Assembly (NCBI GenBank): GCA_022563595.1
Contig: JADFNB010000007.1
Location: forward strand, 14,975 to 78,974
Source of the DNA: Gemmatimonadota bacterium
GTDB lineage: Bacteria > Gemmatimonadota > Gemmatimonadetes > Gemmatimonadales > GWC2-71-9
Length of the DNA: 64,000 nucleotides
Direction: 5' to 3'
Positions within the stretch are counted from its first letter, which is position 1; each line of letters begins with the position of its first letter. The position numbers and the translations under genes were made by a program. Of this stretch, positions 8,901-18,531 are shown one piece after another. The notes beneath the pieces are model-generated. The model was not told the DNA's origin. It searched no databases and worked only from the letters and a program-made list of their open reading frames with translations.

Positions 8901-9070
8901 GAACTCGCCCACGGCATGGGCGAGGTCGGGCTTCAACACCTTGAGCGTAACGTGGCGCTCGTGCTTGATGTCGTGGGCAAGGTGGTGGCCCTTCCGCCGG
9001 CGCCGATCTCGCGCTCGACGCGGTAGCGCTCCGCTAAGGCAGTGGTGAGGCGGTCCAGGACATCCGACAC
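8901..9070 (-). pseudogene. Ser/Thr protein kinase 5' fragment, frameshifted and truncated
   Basis: VSDVLDRLTTALAERYRVEREIGAGG is followed by a frameshift. The next frame reads HLAHDIKHERHVTLKVLKPDLAHAVGEF (the VAIK-type Lys region). Kinase similarity ends about 80 nt from the repeat at the tRNA. Confidence 0.55.
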
Positions 9071-9357
9071 GTGGGGTCGCGTCTGCCTGGGGCCAGAACG
9101 TATTGACGGACGGCGTTGCCAGGCACCAATTTCTGTCGCGATGAGCACCTCAGACCGTCTCTGGAGTTGCCCCTGTTATGCGGAGCTCCACATAGTGTGG
9201 TCAACTCCACGGCTCGAGTCCCGTAGCCGTCACCCACGGGGCGCACCCCTCAACCCCATTCCACTGGCTGGACACCTCCAGTACCAAGTGCGATACTCGG
9301 GACAGCGGAAAGGAAATTCCTATCCTGAACGCTGCATTCCCGGAGGAGGCTGCTGAC

Positions 9358-9789
9358 ATGAAATCGATTACCGTCGCGCTGGGAGCCATCGTCGTACTCA
9401 GCTTCGCCGCTGGTGCGTGCGGAGACACGACCAGAGGCGCCAACGAGGAACAGATAGGCAATCTGGAGGACCGCATTGAGGGGCTCGAGGCAGCCCTCGC
9501 GAGGTCGGGGGCGATGGCGGCGATAGACGCCGCCAGCACCTTCCCCGACAGCCTTTACTGCAACGACGAGGAGTCGTACACCGACTCTGTCGCGCGGACG
9601 TACACGATCACCAACAACTGCGAATTCTCTGCGTACGTCCAGGTGTACGACACCGCCGGGAACTTCGTGCGACAGGAGCGGATATCGGGCTACGACTCCG
9701 GCAGCGTCAGCGTCGGTCCGTTCGAGTCCATCGAGGTCCGGTGCTCGTATGTGATCGCGAGTGGGAGCTGCACCGTCACGAGACGCTGA
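9358..9789 (+). CDS. hypothetical lipoprotein
   Basis: A GGAGGAGG SD precedes the ATG. The signal peptide has a lipobox-like end (LSFAAGAC), and four further Cys residues follow. I recognise no family. Confidence 0.6.
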   Translation: MKSITVALGAIVVLSFAAGACGDTTRGANEEQIGNLEDRIEGLEAALARSGAMAAIDAASTFPDSLYCNDEESYTDSVARTYTITNNCEFSAYVQVYDTAGNFVRQERISGYDSGSVSVGPFESIEVRCSYVIASGSCTVTRR

Positions 9790-10100
9790 CTGCGGGCATG
9801 GACCCACCGGATCCTTGGGTTAGCAAGGGTGGCGGGAACCCATGGATGCCTCTCGTGTTGATCCGGCGTTGATCGGCACGCAGTAGCCTGCCACACGCTC
9901 AACCTGTGGCTCATTCCCGTCCGCGACGGCCTCCTGGCTGTCGAGCAAGCCCTAGAGCACTTAGAAGACTCAGTACCGCCCGGGATGAAGGACTACACGC
10001 CGAGAAAGCCTTAGGGAGGGATCGAAGAACCGGTGGGTCGGCGGGAACGCAGAAAACGCAAAGATCTCGCAGCCGGCGCAGATGATGAGCGTAGCGCCAG

Positions 10101-10145
10101 CGTGCCGGCAACGGCATGCGAGTTCGACCCTCGCCTCGGGCACTG
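10101..10145 (+). repeat. 45-bp direct repeat, copy 2 (orphan tRNA-Leu 3' half); att-like
   Basis: The sequence is identical to 8776-8820. The upstream sequence has no similarity to the tRNA 5' half. Confidence 0.9.
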
Positions 10146-10285
10146 ACCGTACCGGCAGGCAGCAACACGAAGCCCGACCATCGTGCGGCAGTCCGACGCG
10201 CAGCGGGATGGCAGGACGATGCCTCCCCCGAAACAAGACGGCCGCGCCAATCGGCACGGCCGTATGGCGATCGGCCCTACGGCAG

Positions 10286-10531
10286 TCAAAACTCCCTGTG
10301 CAAGTAGAGCGTGGGATGGTTCGAACCCAGATTCGGCCGGTTCAGCGCCGCCGGAACCGTGCCGATGACGTTGCCGTCAGCGTCCGTGAGACAGTAGTCC
10401 TTGATCACCCGCTCCGTGGCACCGCCGACCACACGCCGAACCAATTCGGCTGCGCGCGCGACATGCCGCGGTATGGCTACGCACGTTCCCGAATGGAACG
10501 CGTTCTCCAGTGCAAAGCTCATTGCGGTCAT
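10286..10531 (-). CDS. hypothetical protein (81 aa)
   Basis: ATG 10531 is preceded by GGGAGGAGGGAG. The product MTAMSFALENAFHSGTCVAIPRHVARAAELVRRVVGG... belongs to no family I recognise. Confidence 0.45.
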   Translation of the reverse strand: MTAMSFALENAFHSGTCVAIPRHVARAAELVRRVVGGATERVIKDYCLTDADGNVIGTVPAALNRPNLGSNHPTLYLHREF

Positions 10532-10752
10532 TGCTCCCTCCTCCCAGGCCAGCCTGTACATCACATAACGCGATTCCGGCCAGTCGGGTTTCAGCGGTGT
10601 CTGGCTCTCAAGTCTTTGGATGCATGCACCTTGGGAAGGGTTGCAAGCGAACCAGCGGGAACATTCGGGAACGCTACCTGCCCCTCTCCACACCGCCGCC
10701 TCCGGCTCGCCACCGAAACCGGGGGGCGGAGCCCGGCGTAGGGCAGGGTAGG

Positions 10753-11457
10753 ATGCCGACCGACCCCCACCCCCACCCCCTGGTGCTCCCCCCGCCCGAC
10801 GAGACCCGATCCCGACCCCGGTACCGGCGCTCGGTCTGGACGGTGGTCCGCGTCGCGCTGCTGGGGACGCTCGTGCTCTTGCTCCCTTTCGTCGTGCTGG
10901 TGCGCTCGGCCGTGTATTTCTACGCCCACCGGGGATTCGCGGCGTGGCTGGCGATCGGCGCCGCGTTGGGACTGTCCCTCGCCCTGGTGAGCATCTACGC
11001 CGCGTGGGCGTCGTTCCGCCTCACCGGACGGGTTCACCTGCGTGCCGCGATTCGGTGGGTCGCGCTCCCCCTCGTGGCACTCTACGGAGGGTACAGCCTG
11101 CTGTACCTGTCGCAGATGAACGCCAAGGGTCCCGAGGTACTGTCTTACTACCGCAGCCTCCATCCGGTCCTGCGCGTGGCGCTGAGCACCCTCGTCGTGG
11201 TCGATCGCCACCTCGTCATCACCGACCTGCGTCGGGAGCCCGCCGACTACGCGGCCTTGGGCCTTCCAGCAGCCGAGGCGTCCCTCCACTATCCGCAGCC
11301 CGACGGCTACGTCCACGCGCTCGATCTCAGGACGATCGGGCGTTCCGCCTGGCGCAACGTGCTCGTGGCAGGGTACTTCCGCGCGATGGGATTCCGGACC
11401 CTGCGCCACGTGGGAACGGCGGATCATCTTCACGTTGCGCTGCCGCCTCCAGGGTAG
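10753..11457 (+). CDS. hypothetical membrane protein with a C-terminal soluble His/Asp-rich domain
   Basis: It has a Pro/His-rich N-terminus, about 4 predicted TM helices, and a C-terminal SLHYPQPDGYVHALDL...GTADHLHVAL. Confidence 0.55.
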   Translation: MPTDPHPHPLVLPPPDETRSRPRYRRSVWTVVRVALLGTLVLLLPFVVLVRSAVYFYAHRGFAAWLAIGAALGLSLALVSIYAAWASFRLTGRVHLRAAIRWVALPLVALYGGYSLLYLSQMNAKGPEVLSYYRSLHPVLRVALSTLVVVDRHLVITDLRREPADYAALGLPAAEASLHYPQPDGYVHALDLRTIGRSAWRNVLVAGYFRAMGFRTLRHVGTADHLHVALPPPG

Positions 11458-11635
11458 TGTGACCCAGCCCCTGGAAGATCAGTGAACGCGGTATAGATTT
11501 CGCCGGTCGACCGACATTCCCAGACGGGCGAAAGGCAGGTCCGTGGCGCCACAAACACATCCGCGCGCAAGACGGCGAGACTCGCGAGACATACCCAATC
11601 CGGCCCTTCAGGCGGATGGCGGCGCGGCCTACAGC

Positions 11636-12070
11636 ATGGAGAGTTGGGACGAGGATTGTCTCCGGCTCTTCGGCGAAGGCCGCGATCCGGGTCCGTGCCC
11701 ATCATGTGGCCAGACCGGGTTCTACGGGCCGCGCGTGGGCGGGCAGGGTCGCCGCTACCGGGCGTGCCGCTTCTGTGGGTTTCACCAGGAGGTGGGCGGC
11801 GCTCCGTCGCGCGCACACCCCACGGTCCATGGCTGCAGCACCTGGCCGGACACGGCGCGCGCTCCTTACATCTGGTGGGTCCCACCCAAGCAGGACGAAT
11901 ACACCTGTCCCTTCTGCGAGACGCACGTCGCGTTGGAGGAAAGCCGGGTCACCGCACCGATAGACGATCCCGAGCACCCATGGTGGAAGGTCCCGCAGGC
12001 GCGTTCCCGTTTCTACTACGCCCGCTTCTGGGAGAACTGGCCACACACCAAAGGCCGCGTCTTCCTCTAG
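11636..12070 (+). CDS. hypothetical Cys-rich (double zinc-ribbon-like) protein
   Basis: The product has CPSC...CRFC and HGC...CPFC motifs and is Trp-rich. I recognise no family. Confidence 0.5.
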   Translation: MESWDEDCLRLFGEGRDPGPCPSCGQTGFYGPRVGGQGRRYRACRFCGFHQEVGGAPSRAHPTVHGCSTWPDTARAPYIWWVPPKQDEYTCPFCETHVALEESRVTAPIDDPEHPWWKVPQARSRFYYARFWENWPHTKGRVFL

Positions 12071-12385
12071 CAGGTTGGTGAAAAACCCATCGATTTCAGG
12101 TGTGGAGTATTGAGGCGTTATTTCCTATAATAGCGCAACCCTAGCCCTGGTGGGCGTGCTGCGCGGCGAAGGGGTGTGACACCGCACGTAGCACAGAACG
12201 TTCATACCACCAGGCCGCGAGTCTGGCCGGAGGTGTCTCCTAATGGGCCGAGAATGGTTCAAATCGCTTGACAATAGGCCGAACGGGCGAGAGGGTGGAA
12301 CACCGGATCAGTAGAAACCCCTCTTTGGAGGCAGCAACCACCGCCCCCAAAGCCGAATTTCAGCAACCTGCTAGGGAGCGCCACA

Positions 12386-12919
12386 ATGCGTGTTTTCCTG
12401 TACGTCCTCGCCGCTCTCACCCTGAGCGCCGCGCCGCTTCCCGCACAACGCGAGGCCAAGCACGAAGGTTTTTGGATCGGGTTCGGAGTTGGAGCCGGCT
12501 CGGATCTCTCCGACGCGGCTCAGGATACCCGCGGCGGCGGTGCGGTCTACCTCCGGCTCGGCGGCACGATCAACCCCATGCTGCTCGTGGGCGGCGAGAT
12601 CAGCGGATGGGCCCGGCGGCAGAACAACACGACGCTCTCGCGCGGCAACGTGACCGGCACGATCTACTTCTATCCGGTGCGGCGCGGGTTCTTTCTGAAA
12701 AGCGGTCTCGGATTCGCGACCCGCTCGCTCGAAGCCCCGCTCGGCGGCGGGACACTCACCCTGAGCGAAAAGGGATTCGGCGTCACCGTCGGCGGCGGGT
12801 ACGACGTTCAGATCGGCGGTAACCTGTTCCTCGTCCCGAACCTCGACTTCCTCATCCAGGTCATCGACGACAACACCGACGTCATCTCGCTATTCACGGT
12901 CGGCCTGACCTGGCACTGA
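12386..12919 (+). CDS. small outer-membrane beta-barrel protein (OmpW/OmpA-beta-barrel-like)
   Basis: The product has a signal peptide (MRVFLYVLAALTLSAAPLPAQ), alternating Gly/aromatic beta-strand patterns, and ends in LFTVGLTWH. Confidence 0.7.
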   Translation: MRVFLYVLAALTLSAAPLPAQREAKHEGFWIGFGVGAGSDLSDAAQDTRGGGAVYLRLGGTINPMLLVGGEISGWARRQNNTTLSRGNVTGTIYFYPVRRGFFLKSGLGFATRSLEAPLGGGTLTLSEKGFGVTVGGGYDVQIGGNLFLVPNLDFLIQVIDDNTDVISLFTVGLTWH

Positions 12920-12923
12920 TGAC

Positions 12924-12952
12924 GGGACCGGCCGGCCGTTGGCCCCGGTCCC
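12924..12952 (+). terminator. GC-rich hairpin downstream of the OMP gene
   Basis: GGGACCGG(cc)GGCC-gtt-GGCC-CCGGTCCC forms 12 bp with a 2-nt bulge. No U-tract follows. Confidence 0.4.
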
Positions 12953-12987
12953 ATCGCTTCACCCTCACATGAAATCGACAGTTCGCC

Positions 12988-14205
12988 ATGACCGGAAATA
13001 GAATCACCTGGCAGGACGGGCAATACGGCGTTCCCAACGATCCCGTCATCCCGTTCATCGAAGGTGACGGTATCGGACCCGACATCTGGCGGGCCGCTCA
13101 GCGAGTGTTCGATGCGGCCGTGAAGCACGCGTTCGGCGGCGAGCGCCGGATCGTGTGGACGGAGATACTCGCGGGCGAGAAAGCCCACCGCGAGACCGGC
13201 GAGTGGCTGCCCGAAGCCACGCTCGAAGCGATCCGCAATTACCGGATCGCCATCAAAGGGCCGCTCACCACACCGGTCGGCGGCGGTATCCGCTCCCTCA
13301 ACGTCACCCTGCGGCAGGTACTGGACCTCTACGCGTGCGTCCGTCCCGTTCGCTACCTCGCGGGCGTGCCGTCACCCATGCGCCATCCCGAGAAGCTCGA
13401 CGTGATCATCTTTCGCGAGAACATCGAGGACGTATACGCCGGGATCGAGTACGCGGCGGGCTCTCCCGAGGCAACCAAGCTGCGGGAGTTCCTCGGTGAC
13501 TCGTTCGGAGCCAGGATGGCCGAGGGCAGCGCCATTGGAATCAAGCCGATGAGTGCCGTCAACTCGAAGCGTCTCGCCGCCAAGGCGGTGCAACACGCGA
13601 TCGACCGGAACCGGTCGTCGGTGACCTTGGTGCACAAAGGCAATATCATGAAGTTCACCGAGGGCGCGTTTCGCGACTGGGGCTATGAGGTGGCGCGGGA
13701 GCGGTTCCCGGATCAGACGATCCCGGAGAGCGAGGTCGGGAAGGGTGAAGCGAGGGACGGGAAGCGTGTCATCATCAAGGACAGGATCGCCGACTCGATG
13801 TTCCAGCAGGTCCTGCTCCGACCGTCCGAGTACGCGGTACTGGCCACCCCGAACCTGAACGGCGACTACCTCTCAGATGCCTGCGCGGCCCAGGTGGGTG
13901 GACTCGGCATGGCGCCAGGCGGGAATATTGGGGATGGCGTGGCGCTGTTCGAGGCCACGCATGGGACGGCCCCGAAGTACGCCGGACAGGACAAGGTGAA
14001 CCCCAGCTCGCTCATTCTCTCGGGAACCATGATGCTCGAGGAGATCGGGTGGCAGGAGGCAGCAGCCGCCATCGTGCGCGGCATCGAAGGGGCGATCGCG
14101 GCCGGGACCGTGACCTACGATCTCGCCCGCCAGATGCCGAACGCGACGGAGGTCCCCAGCTCGGGGTTCGCCGACGCCGTCATCGCACACATTGAGCGAG
14201 GGTAG
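12988..14205 (+). CDS. icd: NADP-dependent isocitrate dehydrogenase
   Basis: Full-length match to prokaryotic IDH ([43 protein letters not shown]). Confidence 0.95.
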   Translation: MTGNRITWQDGQYGVPNDPVIPFIEGDGIGPDIWRAAQRVFDAAVKHAFGGERRIVWTEILAGEKAHRETGEWLPEATLEAIRNYRIAIKGPLTTPVGGGIRSLNVTLRQVLDLYACVRPVRYLAGVPSPMRHPEKLDVIIFRENIEDVYAGIEYAAGSPEATKLREFLGDSFGARMAEGSAIGIKPMSAVNSKRLAAKAVQHAIDRNRSSVTLVHKGNIMKFTEGAFRDWGYEVARERFPDQTIPESEVGKGEARDGKRVIIKDRIADSMFQQVLLRPSEYAVLATPNLNGDYLSDACAAQVGGLGMAPGGNIGDGVALFEATHGTAPKYAGQDKVNPSSLILSGTMMLEEIGWQEAAAAIVRGIEGAIAAGTVTYDLARQMPNATEVPSSGFADAVIAHIERG

Positions 14206-14210
14206 GATCC

Positions 14211-15701
14211 GTGAGGTCTTCCGTAAAAGTCGTCCCGCTGGAGCGGGTCAGCGCGTCTCTCCTGACCGTGACGGTTGGTCATCTCAACAAGAAGCTGCCC
14301 GGCTCGTTGTTGGGGCTGGATGCGGCACTCGACGGAGCGATCAAGCGCCTGATCGCTACCGGCGACTTTTCCGGAGACCGCGACGAGATCTCGTTGCTCT
14401 ATCCACCCAAAGGCGCCACACGCGTGCTCCTCGTCGGGCTCGGCAATCCGATGGAGGTCACGCGTGGAGCAATCCGCCGCGCCGCCGCCATCGCGACCCA
14501 GAAGGCGGCCAGCCTGGGCGCCCCAACGGTGGCGTTTCATCTCGCGCACGAGACACACGGCGGCGTCTCGCCCCAGGCGGTGGGACAGGTGGCCGTGGAA
14601 GGGGCGTCGCAGGGTGCCTGGAGGTTCCGAGAACTCAAGGCCGTCGTCGACGACAAACCGCCCGTCAAGACCTTCGAGATCATCGTCGCGCGGGAGGAAC
14701 GCCGCGAGGTGGAGCACGGACGCCAGATAGGCAATGCCACAGCCGTCGGCCAACGACTCGCCCGCAACCTCCAGATGCTGCCCGCCAATGTCTGCACGCC
14801 GTCGTATCTGGCTCAGATCGCTCGTGACCTCGGGAGGGCGTACGGTTTCAAGGTGACCGTGTGGAACCGGTCGCAGATCGACAAGGCTGGCATGCGTGCG
14901 CTCCTGGCGGTGGCACAAGGATCGAGCGAAGAGCCGCGGTTCATCATGCTCGAGTATCGCGGCGCGGCGCGCCAGGCTCCGATATGCCTGATCGGCAAAG
15001 GGGTCACGTTCGATTCGGGCGGAATCTCACTCAAGCCCGCCCAGCACATGGAGGAGATGAAGTACGACATGTCCGGCGCAGCGGCGGTGTTGGGTACGTT
15101 CGAGGCGCTGGGACAGCTCAAGCCGCCGGTAAACGTGGTCGGCGTGATTCCGGCGACGGAGAATCTCCCCTCCGCGACGGCGATCAAGCCGGGCGACGTG
15201 GTCCGCAGCCATATGGGCAAGACGATCGAGGTGGTCAACACAGATGCCGAAGGGCGGCTCCTGCTGGGCGATGCACTCTCCTACGTGCGACGCTTCAAAC
15301 CTGACTGCGTCATCGACGCCGCGACACTCACGGGCGCTATCGTGATCGGTCTGGGGCACCACGCTATCGGGATGATGGGGAACGACGACCAACTGCTCCA
15401 GGAAGTGCGCCGCGCGGGCGACCGGGCGGGTGAGCGATGCTGGCCGCTGCCGCTGTGGGACGAATACCGCGAGCAGATCAAGTCCGACGTGGCTGACGTG
15501 AAGAACAGCGGCGGCCGGCCGGCCGGATCGATCACTGCCGGCTGGTTCCTCCGGGAATTCGTGGACGGGTATCCGTGGGTACATCTCGACATCGCCGGGA
15601 CCGCCTGGAGCGACACCGACCGGCCGGGACTCACCAAGGGGCCCACAGGGCTGTGCGTGCGGTTGTTCACCGAGTTCGTGCTCGCGCGCGCCCACGCTTG
15701 A
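14211..15701 (+). CDS. pepA: leucyl aminopeptidase (M17)
   Basis: M17 motifs are present (GKGVTFDSGGISLKP, NTDAEGRLLLGDAL, ATLTGA). Confidence 0.9.
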   Translation: MRSSVKVVPLERVSASLLTVTVGHLNKKLPGSLLGLDAALDGAIKRLIATGDFSGDRDEISLLYPPKGATRVLLVGLGNPMEVTRGAIRRAAAIATQKAASLGAPTVAFHLAHETHGGVSPQAVGQVAVEGASQGAWRFRELKAVVDDKPPVKTFEIIVAREERREVEHGRQIGNATAVGQRLARNLQMLPANVCTPSYLAQIARDLGRAYGFKVTVWNRSQIDKAGMRALLAVAQGSSEEPRFIMLEYRGAARQAPICLIGKGVTFDSGGISLKPAQHMEEMKYDMSGAAAVLGTFEALGQLKPPVNVVGVIPATENLPSATAIKPGDVVRSHMGKTIEVVNTDAEGRLLLGDALSYVRRFKPDCVIDAATLTGAIVIGLGHHAIGMMGNDDQLLQEVRRAGDRAGERCWPLPLWDEYREQIKSDVADVKNSGGRPAGSITAGWFLREFVDGYPWVHLDIAGTAWSDTDRPGLTKGPTGLCVRLFTEFVLARAHA

Positions 15702-17485
15702 TCACGACCCGGCGTTCTCTTCGGCTCGCTGCCGCCCTCGTCATCATTACGTCGCCGGCTCTCGCCCAGGAGCAGGAGACACCGCCGGACACGGCGCGTG
15801 TTGCTGAGCCTGAGGCGCCCGATTCGGCGGCGCCGCAACGGCTGATCCTCCCGATGCCGACACCGCAAACGCCGAGTGGCCCGCTCCCGGCCGGATCCCG
15901 GCTGACCTTCACCCGCGACTCACTCGCCTGGACGAGCGGCTACACCCTGGCCGACCTGCTGGGTGAGATTCCCGGCGTCTACGTCGCCCGCGCCGGTTTC
16001 GTGGGACAGCCGGAACCGGTGACATATGCGGGACGCGGCACGGCGGCGATCGAGATCTTCTGGGATGGCGTCCCGTTCGAGCCTATCGGTCCCGACTCGG
16101 TCACCGTGGATCCGGGCCGGATCTCGTTGTTTCTGCTACGGCGGGTGGAAATCGAGGTGCTGCCAGCCGGCCTGCGCGTCTACCTGGTCTCGGAACGACA
16201 CGAGGTCGCCTCCACCCGGTCCGTCGTCCGGATCGTGTCCGGCGACTTCCGGACGGCGGCGTACGCGGGCCTGTTCCAACACCGATGGCCCAATGGGATC
16301 GGCGTCCATTTGGGCGCCGGCTTTCTCGGCACCGAGGGCGCACGCGACCCGCGACGCGACGCGAACTGGCTGGACCTGTGGCTGAAGGGCGAATGGACAC
16401 CCACGTCGCGCACGACCGCCGTCTTCCAGGTGCGGCGGCAGAGCTACGAACGCGATCCCTTCGGTGCGAATGGGGACCTGGTGCCGGGCCGCGCGGGACT
16501 CCGGACGGACGCCCTGCTGCGCTTCACGGCGGCGTCGGGGGCGGGGCGGACCGGGCTGTGGTTTGACGCCGGTCTTGCCACCACGGCGTGGCGGCCGGAC
16601 TCGGCTTCACCCGACACACTCGTAGCACCTCGCACGTTCCGACGGGTGTTCACGGGGCTCGGCTACCGCAACCACAACACGACCATCGAGGTTCGCGGGC
16701 GGGTCGGTGACTACTTCACGACCGCCGCCGCCGAAGCCCAGCTCGGGTGGGTCCCGTTAGGAGGTATGGTCCTCTCCGCCAACGGATCCTGGGCGCGTCA
16801 CCGTGGCGAGCGGACATCGCGCCGCGGACGTGCCGTGCTGGGCATCTACCGCGGACCGTTCTCGCTGAGTGCCGAGGTGGCGGCCCAAGACGCGGTGCCG
16901 GCACCGGCTCTCTTCGCCGATACCAATCGCGTGACCACGGACTACGGGATTCGGGCCGGCATCGAGAGTCGATACCTGAGTGGTCGGGTAGGACTGTTCG
17001 ACCGCGACGCGTTCGCCCCCGTCCCGCTCACGTTTTTCCGGGTTGCCTCGCTCCGGCCGTCGGTGCGTACCCGCTACCTGGTCACCAATCTCACCCTGCG
17101 GATCGGCGCGCTCGCCCTCGCCGGGTGGTACTCGACACCTACCGACGGGCCGGCGGCGGATTTTCAGCCGCCCAAACACGGTCGCGCGACGCTCACCTTC
17201 CGCTCGAAGTTCTTGCGCACTTTCCGTTCCGGCGCGTTCGATCTCAAGGTGCAGCTCGCCATGGAATCGTGGAGCACGGGCACGGCCGGCCTCGACGCCG
17301 ACGGCGCCGAGGTGCCGCTGATCGGCGCCACGTTCTACGAAGCGTTCCTCCAGTTTCAGCTCGTCACGTTCCGGGCATTCTACAGTCTCAAGAACGCGTA
17401 CAATTCCCGCGAACAGTTCGTCCCGGGCCTCGAGTATCCGCGCAACATTCAGACATTCGGTGTGAAATGGGTATTCACCAACTGA
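15698..17485 (+). CDS. putative outer-membrane beta-barrel protein with a TonB-receptor plug-like N-domain
   Basis: A TTG start overlaps the pepA stop and gives a signal peptide (ITTRRSLRLAAALVIITSPALAQ). The product has a plug-like LADLLGEIPGVYV segment and a long Gly/Tyr/Arg-rich beta-rich body. Confidence 0.6.
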   Translation: MITTRRSLRLAAALVIITSPALAQEQETPPDTARVAEPEAPDSAAPQRLILPMPTPQTPSGPLPAGSRLTFTRDSLAWTSGYTLADLLGEIPGVYVARAGFVGQPEPVTYAGRGTAAIEIFWDGVPFEPIGPDSVTVDPGRISLFLLRRVEIEVLPAGLRVYLVSERHEVASTRSVVRIVSGDFRTAAYAGLFQHRWPNGIGVHLGAGFLGTEGARDPRRDANWLDLWLKGEWTPTSRTTAVFQVRRQSYERDPFGANGDLVPGRAGLRTDALLRFTAASGAGRTGLWFDAGLATTAWRPDSASPDTLVAPRTFRRVFTGLGYRNHNTTIEVRGRVGDYFTTAAAEAQLGWVPLGGMVLSANGSWARHRGERTSRRGRAVLGIYRGPFSLSAEVAAQDAVPAPALFADTNRVTTDYGIRAGIESRYLSGRVGLFDRDAFAPVPLTFFRVASLRPSVRTRYLVTNLTLRIGALALAGWYSTPTDGPAADFQPPKHGRATLTFRSKFLRTFRSGAFDLKVQLAMESWSTGTAGLDADGAEVPLIGATFYEAFLQFQLVTFRAFYSLKNAYNSREQFVPGLEYPRNIQTFGVKWVFTN

Positions 17486-17652
17486 TCGAGAAACGTGCAC
17501 TGCGTAGTGGGACGCGCATTTCACCTCTCACTCTTCCTATTTCACCTTGCATGTCTCGTGGTCAGGCGTAGGCCGTCCCGCTCCCGCTCTTCCATGCTGT
17601 CGGCCCTCCGCGTACCTTTCGCCCCCCTGAGGTCCGTGGGGACGCTATCGAC

Positions 17653-18531
17653 GTGCCGAAATCAATGACCGGGTTTGGGCTCGCCGACGGCCCGCTGGCC
17701 GGCGGTCGGGTCCACGTGGAAATCCGCACCGTAAACCACCGTCATTTCAACGTGCAGCTGCGACTTGCGCCCGAGTTCCAGCCGTTCGAGGATGCGCTAA
17801 GCCGCGCCCTACGCAAGCGGATCGCCCGCGGGCACGTGGCCGTCTCCGTGCGCTGGGCTCAGGAGCCCGAACACGGCCGTGCGATAGCTGTCGACGTCGA
17901 ACGGGCGCGGTCCGTCGTCGCGGCGCTGACCCAGTTGAAGCACGCGCTCGACCTCGAGGGCGAGATCGACATGGGGTTCGTGGCGCGCCAGCCGGATGTT
18001 TTGGTTTACCGGAACGACGAGAACGATCTGGCGATACCTGCGGACGCGTTCCTGAGCATCGTGAGCGACGCGCTGAGCGGTGTCATCGCTATGCGGGAAC
18101 GGGAGGGAGCGGCGCTCGCCACCGACCTCCGCAGTCACCTCAAGTCTATCCGATCCCATCTCGTGGCTGTGCGCGAGCGTGCGCCACAACGTCTCACGGC
18201 GGAACGCGACCGGCTGCGCACCGCCGTTGGAGAACTGCTGGACGGGCGCGAGGTCGACGAGACGCGCCTGGCCCAGGAAATAGCCTACCTGGCCGAACGG
18301 CTGGACATCAACGAGGAGATCGTTCGACTGGAGACCCATCTGGACCATGCGGACGCCGCGCTGGCCGGCGACGAGCCGGCCGGTCGGGCACTCGCGTTCC
18401 TGTCCCAGGAGATGCTGCGGGAGATCAATACCATCGGGTCCAAAGCGAACGACGCGGCGATTACGGCGTCGGTGATCGCAATGAAGGGCGAGCTGGAGAA
18501 GTTCCGCGAGCAGCTCGAGAACATGGAGTGA
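17653..18531 (+). CDS. yicC: YicC family stress-induced protein
   Basis: The N-terminal SMTGFG motif, the coiled middle region and the DUF1732-like C-terminus (EMLREINTIGSKAND) are all present. Confidence 0.85.
   Translation: MPKSMTGFGLADGPLAGGRVHVEIRTVNHRHFNVQLRLAPEFQPFEDALSRALRKRIARGHVAVSVRWAQEPEHGRAIAVDVERARSVVAALTQLKHALDLEGEIDMGFVARQPDVLVYRNDENDLAIPADAFLSIVSDALSGVIAMREREGAALATDLRSHLKSIRSHLVAVRERAPQRLTAERDRLRTAVGELLDGREVDETRLAQEIAYLAERLDINEEIVRLETHLDHADAALAGDEPAGRALAFLSQEMLREINTIGSKANDAAITASVIAMKGELEKFREQLENME

Larger units (their letters stand above)
8821..10100. mobile_element. putative decayed remnant of an element integrated at tRNA-Leu (no integrase left)
   Basis: The segment is bracketed by perfect 45-bp direct repeats derived from the tRNA 3' half. 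It contains only a truncated kinase pseudogene and one lipoprotein gene. Confidence 0.35.

Noticed and set aside
7817-8902. A 361-aa plus-strand ORF spanning the usp 5' end, the intergenic region and the tRNA.
   Set aside because: It runs through a tRNA gene and is antisense to usp. Its composition is low-complexity and Arg-rich.
9155-9215. Nested inverted repeats (GGAGTTG...CAACTCC enclosing GGAGCTCC and CCACA-tag-TGTGG) inside the tRNA-flanked insert.
   Set aside because: The repeats are real, but they are short, there is no U-tract or flanking gene logic, and I cannot assign a function.
10085-10096. An RYAH tetrapeptide on the minus strand next to the att-like repeat, considered as a possible tyrosine-integrase C-terminal remnant.
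   Set aside because: The preceding residues come from translating the tRNA-derived repeat itself, and no other integrase motif appears in any frame. It is most likely coincidence.
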